From the NCBI RefSeq assembly GCF_009914755.1, contig NC_060940.1: 64,000 nt of DNA; one strand, given 5' to 3'. The notes beneath the pieces were generated by a model. The model was not told the origin of the DNA. It saw only the letters and a list, made by a program, of their open reading frames with translations, and did not search any database. Positions 1 to 11,800 of this stretch are shown here, piece by piece; the first letter of the stretch is position 1, and each line of letters opens with the position of its first letter. The stretch is from the human T2T-CHM13v2.0 reference genome, Homo sapiens. The position numbers were made by a program, and so were the translations under genes.

Positions 1-207
1 ACTCGATGATTTCATTCGAGTCCATTCGACACTTCCAATCGATTCCATTTGATGTTTCCATTCGATTCCAATTGATGATTCCATTCAATTCCATTCGATG
101 ATGATTCCGTACGATTCCATTCTGTGATGATTCCATGTGATTGCAATCAATGATGATTCCTTTCGATTGCATTCGATTATGATTCATTTCGTGTTCATTC
201 TATGGTT
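1..207 (+). repeat. End of the preceding HOR copy (partial)
   Basis: Contains GACACTTCCAATC and CCGTACG landmarks that recur just upstream of CCACAGG in later copies (e.g. ~5884-6063). Confidence 0.9.
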
Positions 208-3200
208 CCACAGGTTTCCATTCGATGATGTTTCCATTCGTTTCCATTCCATTATTAGATTCTATTCCATTTGAAGATGATTCCATTCGATTCCATTCAT
301 TGGTGATTCCACTCAATTCCATTCAATGATTCCATTCCATTTCTTTCAACAATGATTCCATTAGTTTCTATTCGATGATCCACTGGATTCCATTTGACGA
401 TGATTCCATTCGTGTCCATTCGATGATTCCATTTGATTCCATATGATGATGATTCCATTCGATTCCATACGATGATGATTCCATTCGAGTCCATTCAATG
501 GTGATTCCATTCAATTCCATTCGATGATTCCTTTCGATTCCATTCAATGATGATGGCATTCGATTCCTTTCGATCATTCCCTTTGATTCCATTCAAATGT
601 GATTTCATTCAAGTCCATTCGATAATTGCATTCGATTCCATTCTATGATGATTCCATTCGAGTCCATTTGATGATTCCATTCAATTCAAGTCAATGATGA
701 TTCCATTCGATTCCACTCGATGATTCCATTGGATTCCATTCGATGATGATTCCATTCAAATCCATTCGATAATTCAATTCAAGTCCATTCGATGATGATT
801 CCAATCGAATCCATTCAAAGATTCCACTCAATTCCATTCGATGATGATTCCCTTAGATTCCATTCGATGATTCCACTTGATTCCATTTACGATGATTCCA
901 TTCGATTCCATGTGATGATTCCATTCAATTCTATTCAATGATGTTTCCACTTGATTCCATTCGAACATGATTGCCTTTGATTCCATTCAATGATTCCATA
1001 CGGTTCCATTTGATGATGATTCCATTCGAGTGCATTAGATGATTCCATTCGAGTCCATTCGATGATTCCATTCGATTCCATTCGATGTTGATTCTGTTCA
1101 AATCCATTCGATGATTCCACTCGATTCCATTCGATGACTCCATTTGATCCCATTCGATGATTTCCTTTGATTCCCTTTGATGATCATTCCATTTGATTCA
1201 ATTCAGTGATTTCATTTGATTCCATTCAGTGATGTTTCCATTCAACTCCTTTCGATGATGATTCCATTCGACTCCATTCGATTATGATTTCATTCAATTC
1301 CATTCGATAATGATTCCCTTCAAGTCCATTCGATGATTCCATTCGATTCCATTCAACGATGATTTGATTCGTGTCCATTCGATGATTCCATTTGATTCCA
1401 TTTGATGATGATTCCATTCGAGTCCCTTTCATGATTCCATTCAATACCATTCTCCGATGATTTCTTTTGAGCCCATTCAATGCTTCCACTCGATTCCATA
1501 TGATGATGACTCCATTTGATGAAATTCCATGATGATTCCATTCGCTTGCATTCGATGATGATTCCACTTGAGTCCGTTAGAAGATTCTATTCAATTACAT
1601 TCCATGACGATTCTGTTCGAGTCCATTTGATGATTCCATTAGACTCCATTCGACGATGATTCCATTCGATGTTATTCGATGATGATTCCATTCAACTCCA
1701 TTCGATGTTTCCATTCGAGTTCATTCTATTATTCCATTAGATTCCATTCGATGATGATTCCATTCGATTCCATTTGATGATTGCATTCTATTTCATTTGA
1801 TGATGATTCCATTCGAGTCCATTCGATGATTCCATTCGAGTCCATTTAATGAATCCATTGGTTTCAATTCTATGATGATTACATTGGATTCCATACGTTG
1901 ATGATTTCATTCGATTCCATTCAATGATGATTCCATTCAATTCCATTCAATGATTCCATTCAATTCCATACGATGATGATTCCATTTGATTTGATTCGAC
2001 AGTGAGCCATTCGATTCAATTCCATGATGATTCTATTTGATTCAATTCGTTGACATTTCCATTCGATTCCATTCGATGATGATTCCATTTGATTCCATTC
2101 AAAGATGATTCCATTCTAGCCCATTCAATCATTCCATTCGATTCTATTCAATGATGATTCCATTCATGTCGATTTGGTGATTCCATTTGACTTCATTTGA
2201 TGATGATTCCTTTCAAGTTCATTAGATGATTCCATTCGATTCCATTTGATGATGATCCCATTCGAGTCCATTCAGTGATTCCACTCGTTTCCATTCCATG
2301 ATGATTCCATTTCATTCCATTCAATGATTCCATTCGATTCCGTTTGATGATGATTTCATTCGAGTCCATTTGATGATTCCATTTGATTCCATTCGATGAT
2401 GATTACATTCGAGTCCATACGATGATTCCACTCAATTCCATATGATGATGATTCCATTCGATTCCATTCGGTGATTCCATTCTATTCTATTCAATGTTGA
2501 TTCCATTCGAGTACATTAGATGATTCCATTCGATTCCATTCAATGATGATTCTATTTGTGTCCCTTAGATGGTTCCACATGATTCCATTTCATGATGATA
2601 CTATTTGAGCCCATCCAATTATTCCCTTCGATTCCATTCGATGAGGATTCCATTCGATTCAATTCATTGGTGATTCTATTCAATTCAATTCTTTGATTCC
2701 ATTCCATTCCATTCGACAATGATTCCATTCGATTTCTTTCGATGATTCCACTCGATTCCACTTGACATTGATTCCATTCGATTCCATTCAATGATTCCGT
2801 TTGATTCCAGTGGATGATGATTGCCATCGATTCCATTCGATCACTCCATTCTATTCCATTTGATGATGATTACATTCGATTCCATTTGATGATTCCATCT
2901 GATTCTATTCGAGGATTCCATTTGATTCCATTCGATGATGATTCCATTCGAGTGCATTCGATGATTTCATTCGAGTACATCCAATGATTCCATTCGAGTC
3001 CATTTGATGATTCCATTTGATTCCATTTGATTATGATTCTACTAGAGTCCATTCAATGACTCCATTCGAATCCATTCAACAATTCCATTCGAGGCCATTC
3101 GATGATTCCATTTCATGATTCCATTCGAGTCCATTTAATCATTACAGTCGAGTCCATTTGGTGATTCCACTGGATTTCTTTTGATAATGATACCATTCAG

Positions 3201-6063
3201 TTACATTTGATGATGATCCCATTCAATTTCATTTGATGGTGATTCCATTAGAGTCCATTCGATGATTTCATTCGAGTCCCTTCATTGATTCCATCCGATT
3301 TCATTGGATGATGACTCCATTCGAGTCCATTCGATGATTCCACTCGATTCCATTAGATGATTCCATTGGAGTCCATTTGATTGTTCCATTCGATTCTATT
3401 CGATTCCTTTCGAAGATTATTCCATTTGAGTCCATTCGATGATGATTCCATTCCATTCCATTCCATGATTCCGTTTGATTCCATTCGATGATTCCCTTCG
3501 ATTCCTTTCTTTGATGATTCCATTCCATTCCATTCAATGATTCCATTCGAATCTATTCCATGATGATTCCTTTCGATTCCATTCGCTGATGTTTCCGTTC
3601 AATTCCATTCGATGATGATTCCATTCGATTCCATTCATTGAGGATTCCATTTGATTCCATTCAATGATGATTCCATTCTATTCCATTCAATGATTGCATT
3701 CAATTCCATTCAATGATTATCCCATTAGAGTAAACTCAACGATTCCATTCAATACCATTCGATGATGATTCCTTTTGAGTCCATTCAATGATTTCATTCA
3801 AGTCCATTTGATGATTCCTTTCAATTCCATTCTATGATGATTCCATTCGAGTCCATTCGATGATTCCATTCGATTGCATTCGATGATTCCATTATATTCC
3901 ATTCAACGATGATTCCATTCGAGTCCATTCGATGATTCCATTAGAGTACATTTAATGATTGCTTTGTTTTCAATTCGAAGATGATTACATTGGATTCCAT
4001 TCTATGATACCATTCGATTCCATTCAATGATGATTCCACTCAAATCCATTGGATGATTCCATTCGTGTCCATTCGGTGATTTCATTAGATTCCATTCGAG
4101 GATGATTCCATTTGATTCCATTCGATGATTCCATTCAATTCCATTCGATGATGATTCCATTCCAGTCCATATGATCATTCCATTTGATTTCATTCGATGA
4201 TGATTCCATTCGATTCCATTCGATGATTCCATTCTATTCCATTCGATGATGATTCCATTCGAGTCCATTCGATGATTCCATTCGAGTCCATTTAATGATT
4301 CCATTGGGTTCAATTCAATGATGATTACATTGGATTCCGTTCTATGATTCCATTCAATTCCGTTCATTGACAATTTGATTCCATTCGATGATGATTCCAT
4401 TTGAGTTCATTCGATGATTCTATTCGATTCTCTTCGATGGTGATTCAATTCTATTATATTGGATGATTCCATTCGATTCCATTTGATGTTTATTCAATTC
4501 GATTCTATTCGATGATGATTCCATTGGATTTCACTTGATGATTCTATTCGATTCCATTCAATGATGATTCACTTCTCGTCCATTGGATGATTCCATTTCA
4601 TTCCATTCGATGATGATTCCATTCGATTCCATTCGATGATTCCATTTGATTCCATGCGTCGGTGAGCAATTCGATTCAATTCCATGATGATTCTATTTGA
4701 TTCAATTAGATGATGTTTCCATTCGAATCCATTCCATGATTATTCCATTGGAATCCATTCGGCGATGATTCCATATGAGTCAATTCAATGATGATTCCAT
4801 ATGGGTCCGTTCGATGATAATTCCATTTGATTTCATTCAGTGCTTCTATTCAATTCCAGTCGATGATGATTCCGTTGGTGTCCATACGATGATTCCATTT
4901 GATTTCATTTGATGATGATTCCATTCGATGATGATTACATTGGATTCCATTCTATGATTCCATTCAATTCCATTCGTTGATGATTCGATTCCATTCAATG
5001 ATGATTCCATTTGAGTTCATTCGATGATTCTATTCGATTCCGTTCGATGGTGATTCAATTCTCTTATATTGGATGATTCCACTCGATTCCATTTGACGAT
5101 AATTCCATTGGAGTCCACTTAGTGAATCCTTTAGATTCTACTCGAAGATGATTCCATTCGAGTCCATTCGATGATACCATTCAATTTCATTCGTTGATGC
5201 TTCCATTCAAGTGCATTCGATGATATCATTCGATTCCATTTGATGATAATTCCATTTGATTCCATGCGATGATTCTATTCGATTCCATTCAACGACAATT
5301 CCATTCAATTCAGTGATTCCTCTGGACTCCATTTGATGATGATTCCATTCAATGATTCCATTCGATTCTATTCGAAAATGATTCCATTTGAATCCATTTG
5401 ATGATGATTCCATTAGATTCCATTTGATGATTCCATTCGATTCCATTCAATGATGATTCCATTCGATTCCGTTTGATGATTCCATTCTATTCTATTCGAT
5501 GATGATTCCATTCGATTCCATTCGATGATGATTGGATTCGATTCCATTTGATGATTTCATTTGATTCCATTCGTTAATGATTTCGATCAATTCCATTCGA
5601 TGATTCCATTCGATTCCATTCGATAATGATTACATCCGAGTCCATTCGATGATTCCCTTTGAGCCTGTTCGATAATTCCATTTGAGTCCAACCAATGATT
5701 CCATTCATTTCCATTCAATGATTCCATTCGAGTCCATTTGATCATTCCGGTAGGGTCCATTCGATGTTGATTCCATTGGAGTGCATTCGATGATTCCATT
5801 CGAGTCCATTTTAGGATTTGATTCGAGTCCTTTCGATGATTCCATTCGATTCCACTCGATGATGATTTCATTCGAGTCCATTCGACACTTCCAATCGATT
5901 CCATTTGATGATTCCATTCGAGTCCAATTGATGATTCCATTCAATTCCATTCGATGATGATTCCGTACGATTCCATTCTGTGATGATTCCATGTGATTGC
6001 ATTCAATGATGATTCCTTTCGATTGCATTCGATTATGATTCATTTCGTGTTCATTCTATGGTT
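208..6063 (+). repeat. HOR copy U1, 5856 bp, divergent variant
   Basis: Landmark CCACAGG at 208 and 6064. It retains the 374 bp segment but differs from the 6112 bp form by +16, +3, -72, -23, -170 and -10 bp (net -256) and by many private SNPs. Confidence 0.92.
4698..4708 (-). promoter_or_regulatory. DUX4 consensus motif TAATTGAATCA (one per HOR; also at 10435, 16547, 22285, 28023, 34135, 39850, 45962, 52074, 58186)
   Basis: The + strand reads TGATTCAATTA, i.e. TAATTGAATCA on -, an exact match to the DUX4 consensus TAAYYBAATCA. DUX4 binding and activation of HSATII is established. Occupancy of these particular copies is not shown by the sequence. Confidence 0.55.
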
Positions 6064-9000
6064 CCACAGGTTTCCATTCGTGTCCATTCCATTATTCCAT
6101 TCTATTCCATTTGATGATGATTCCCTTCGATTCCATTCCTTGGTGATTCCACTCAATTCCATTCAATGATTCCATTCCATTTCTTTCAACAATGATTCCA
6201 TTAGTTTCTAATCGATGATCCACTTGATTCCATTTGACGACGATTCCATTCTTGTCCATTCGATGATTCCATTTGATTCCATATGATGATGATTCCATTC
6301 GATCCCATACCATGATGATTCCATTCGAGTCCATTCAATGGTGATTCCATTCAATTCCATTCGATGATTCCTTTCGATTCCATTCGATGATGATGGCATT
6401 CGATTCCTTTCAATCATTCCCTTTGATTCCATTCAAAGGTGATTTCATTCAAGTCCATTCGATAATTGCATTCGATTCCATTCTATGATGATTCCATTCG
6501 AGTCCATTTGATGATTCCATTCAATTCAAGTCAATGATGATTCCATTCGATTCCATTCGATGATTCCATTGGATTCCATTCGATGATGATTCCATTCAAA
6601 TCCATTCGATAATTCAATTCAAGTTCATTCGATGATGATTAAAATCGAATCCATTCAAAGATTCCATTCAGTTCCATTCGATGGTTCCTTAGATTCCATT
6701 CGATGATTCCACTTGATTCCATTTACGATGATTCCATTCGATTCCATGTGATGATTCCATTCAATTCTATTCAATGATGTCTCCATTTGATTCCATTCGA
6801 CCATGATTGCCTTTGATTCCATTCAATGACTCCATTCGGTTCCTTTTGATGATGATTCCGTTCGATTCCATTTCATTATTCCATTTGATTCCATTGGATG
6901 AGTCCATTCGATTACATTCGATGATTATTCCATTCGAGTGCATTAGATGATTCCATTCGAGTCCATTCGATGATTCCATTCGATTCCATTCGATGTTGAT
7001 TCTGTTCAAATCCATTCGATGATTCCACTCGATTCCATTCGTTGACTCCATTTGATCCCATTCGATGATTTCCTTTGATTCCCTTTGATGATCATTCCAT
7101 TTGATTCAATTCGGTGATTTCATTTGATTCCATTCAGTGATGTTTCCATTCGACTCCATTCGATGATGATTCCATTCGACTCCATTCGATTATGATTTCA
7201 CTAAATTCCATTCAATAATGATTCCCTTCGAGTCCATTCGATGATTCCATTCGATTCCATTCAACGATGATTTGATTCGTGTCCATTCGATGATTCCATT
7301 TGATTCCACTTGATGATGATTCCATTCGAGTCCATTTGATGATTCCATTCAATTCCATACTCCGATGATTTCTTTTGAGCCCACTCAATGCTTCCACTCG
7401 ATTCCATATGATGATGACTCCATTCGATGAAATTCGATGATGATTCCATTCGCTTGCTTTCGATGATGATTCCACTTGAGTCCGTTAGAAGATTCTATTC
7501 AATTACATTCCATGACGATTCCGTTCGAGTCCATTTGATGATTCCATTAGACTCCATTCGACGATGATTCCATTCGATGTTATTCGATGATTCCATTCGA
7601 TCTCATTCGATGATGATTCCATTCAACTCCATTCGATGTTTCCATTCGAGTTCATTCTATTATTCCATTAGATTCCATTCGATGATGATTCCATTCGATT
7701 CCATTTGATGATTGCATTCTATTTCATTTGATGATGATTCCATTCGAGTCCACTCGATGATTCCATTCGAGTCCATTTAATGAATCCATTGGTTTCAATT
7801 CTATGATGATTACATTGGATTCCATTCGTTGATGATTTCATTCGGTTCCATTCCATGATGATTCCATTCCTTTCCATTCAATGATTCCATTCGATTCCGT
7901 TTGATGATGATTTCATTCGAGTCCATTTGATGATTCCATTTGATTTCTTTCGATGATGATTCCATTCGAGTCCATTCGATGATTCTATTCGAATCCATTT
8001 GATGATTTCTTTTGATTATATTTGGTGATGATTCCATTGGAGTCCATTCAATGATTCCATTCTATTCCAATCGATGATGATTCCATTAGAGTCCATTTAA
8101 TGATTCCATTTGATTCCAGTCTCTGATGATTACATTCGAGTCCATACGATGATTCCACTCAATTCCATATGATGATGATTCCATTTGATTCCATTCGGTG
8201 ATTCCGTTCTATTCTATTCAATGGTGATTCCATTCGAGTACATTAGATGATTCCATTCGATTCCATTCATTGATGATTCTATTTGTGTCCCTTAGATGAT
8301 TCCACATGATTCCATTAGATGATGATACTATTTGAGCCCATCCAATGATTCCCTTCGATTCCATTCGATGAGGATTCCATTCGATTCAATTCATTGGTGA
8401 TTCTATTCAATTCAATTCTTTGATTCCATTCCATTCCATTCGACAATGATTCCATTCGATTTCTTTCGATGATTCCACTCGATTCCACTTGACATTGATT
8501 CCATTCGATTCCATTCAATGATTCCATTTGATTCCAGTGGATGATGATTGCCATCGATTCCATTCGATCACTCCATTCTATTCCATTTGATGATGATTAC
8601 ATTCGATTCCATTTGATGATTCCATCTGATTCTATTCGAGGATTCCATTTGATTCCATTCGATGATGATTCCATTCGAGTCCATTCGATGATTTCATTCG
8701 AGTACATCCAATGATTCCATTCGAGTCCATTAGATGATTCCATTTGATTCCATTTGAAAATGATTCTACTAGAGTCCATTCAATGACTCCATTCGAGTCC
8801 ATTCAACAATTCCATTCGACTCCATTCGATGATTCCATTCGATTCCATTTGATGGTTCCATTCGAGTCCATTTAATCATTACAGTCGAGTCCATTTGGTG
8901 ATTCCACTGGATTTCTTTTGATAATGATACCATTCAATTACATTTGATGATGATCCCATTCAATTTCATTTGATGATGATTCCATTAGAGTCCATTCGAT

Positions 9001-11800
9001 GATTTCATTCGAGTCCCTTCATTGATTCCATCCGATTTCATTGGATGATGACTCCATTCGAGTCCATTCGATGATTCCACTCGATTCCATTAGATGACTC
9101 CATTGGAGTCCATTTGATTGTTCCATTCGATTCCATTTGATTCCTTTCGAAGATTATTCCATTTGAGTCCATTCGATGATGATTCCATTCCATTCCATTC
9201 CATGATTCCGTTTGATTCCATTCGATGATTCCCTTCGATTCCTTTCTTTGATGATTCCATTCCATTCCATTCAATGATTCCATTCGAATCTATTCCATGA
9301 TGATTCCTTTCGATTCCATTCGCTGATGTTTCCGTTCAATTCCATTCGATGATGATTCCATTCGATTCCATTCATTGAGGATTCCATTTGATTCCATTCA
9401 ATGATGATTCCATTCTATTCCATTCAATGATTGCATTCAATTCCATTCAATGATTATCCCATTAGAGTAAACTCAACGATTCCTTTCAATATCATTCGAT
9501 GATGATTCCTTTTGAGTCCATTCAATGATTTCATTCAAGTCCATTTGATGATTCCTTTCAATTCCATTCTATGATGATTCCATTCGAGTCCATTCGATGA
9601 TTCCATTCGATTGCATTCGATGATTCCATTATATTCCATTCAACGATGATTCCATTCGAGTCCATTCCATGATTCCATTAGAGTACATTTAATGATTGCT
9701 TTGTTTTCAATTCGAAGATGATTACATTGGATTCCATTCTATGATACCATTCGATTCCATTCAATGATGATTCCACTCAAATCCATTGGATGATTCCATT
9801 CGTGTCCATTCGGTGATTTCATTAGATTCCATTCGAGGATGATTCCATTCGATTCCATTCGATGATTCCATTCAATTCCATTCGATGATGATTCCATTCC
9901 AGTCCATATGATCATTCCATTTGATTTCATTCGATGATGATTCCATTCGATTCCATTCGACGATTCCATTCTATTCCATTCAATGATGATTCCATTCGAG
10001 TCCATTCGATGATTCCATTCGAGTCCATTTAATGATTCCATTGGGTTCAATTCAATGATGATTACATTGGATTCCGTTCTATGATTCCATTCAATTCCGT
10101 TCATTGACAATTTGATTCCATTCGATGATGATTCCATTTGAGTTCATTCGATGATTCTATTCGATTCTCTTCGATGGTGATTCAATTCTATTATATTGGA
10201 TGATTCCATTCGATTCCATTTGATGTTGATTCAATTCGATTCTATTCGATGATGATTCCATTGGATTTCACTTGATGATTCTATTCGATTCCATTCAATG
10301 ATGATTCACTTCTCGTCCATTGGATGATTCCATTTCATTCCATTCGATGATGATTCCATTCGATTCCATTCGATGATTCCATTTGATTCCATGCGACGGT
10401 GAGCAATTCGATTCAATTCCATGATGATTCTATTTGATTCAATTAGATGATGTTTCCATTCGAATCCATTCCATGATTATTCCATTGGAATCCATTCGGC
10501 GATGATTCCATATGAGTCAATTCAATGATGATTCCATATGGGTCCGTTCGATGATAATTCCATTTGATTTCATTCGATGCTTCTATTCTATTCCAGTCGA
10601 TGATGATTCCGTTGGAGTCCATACGATGATTCCATTTGATTTCATTTGATGATGATTCCATTCGATGATGATTACATTGGATTCCATTCTATGATTCCAT
10701 TCAATTCCATTCGTTGATGATTCGATTCCATTCAATGATGATTCCATTTGAGTTCATTCGATGATTCTATTCGATTCCGTTCGATGGTGATTCAATTCTA
10801 TTATATTGGATGATTCCACTCGATTCCATTTGATGATTATTCCATTGGAGTCCACTTAGTGAATCCTTTAGATTCTACTCGACGATGATTCCATTCGAGT
10901 CCATTCGATGATACCATTCAATTCCATTCGTTGATGCTTCCATTCAAGTGCATTCGATGATATCATTCGATTCCATTTGATGATAATTCCATTTGATTCC
11001 ATGCGATGATTCTATTCGATTCCCTTCAATGATAATTCCATTCAATTCAGTGATTCCTCTGGACTCCATTTGATGATGATTCCATTCAATGATTCCATTC
11101 GATTCTATTCGAAAATGATTCCATTTGAATCCATTTGATGATGATTCCATTAGATTCCATTTGATGATTCCATTCGATTCCATTCGACGATGATTCCATT
11201 CGATTCCGTTTGATGATTCCATTCTATTCTATTCGATGATGATTCCATTCGATTCCATTCGATGATGATTGGATTCGATTCCATTGGATGATTTCATTTG
11301 ATTCCATTCGTTAATGATTTCGATCAATTCCATTCGATGATTCCATTCGATTCCATTCGATAATGATTACATCCGAGTCCATTCGATGATTCCCTTTGAG
11401 CCTGTTCGATAATTCCATTTGAGTCCAACCAATGATTCCATTCATTTCCATTCAATGATTCCATTCGAGTCCATTTGATCATTCCGGTAGGGTCCATTCG
11501 ATGTTGATTCCATTGGAGTGCATTCGATGATTCCATTCGAGTCCATTTTAGGATTTGATTCGAGTCCTTTCGATGATTCCATTCGATTCCACTCGATGAT
11601 GATTTCATTCGAGTCCATTCGACACGTCCAATCGATTCCATTTGATGATTCCATTCGAGTCCAATTGATGATTCCATTCAATTCCATTCGATGATGATTC
11701 CGTACGATTCCATTCTGTGATGATTCCATGTGATTGCATTCAATGATGATTCCTTTCGATTGCATTCGATTATGATTCATTTCGTGTTCATTCTATGGTT
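6064..11800 (+). repeat. HOR copy U2, 5737 bp, short form (374 bp deletion plus 1 bp deletion)
   Basis: Landmarks at 6064 and 11801. Deletion junction CGG-TTCCATTC-CATG at 7846-7853. 1 bp loss near 6681-6690 (ATGGTTCCTTAG vs ATGATTCCCTTAG). Confidence 0.93.

Noticed and set aside
1597-1604. TEAD-like motif ACATTCCA once per HOR, plus many CATTCC cores
   Set aside because: Expected by chance from a CATTC-based repeat. Sequence alone gives no support for function, so it is not reported as a feature.
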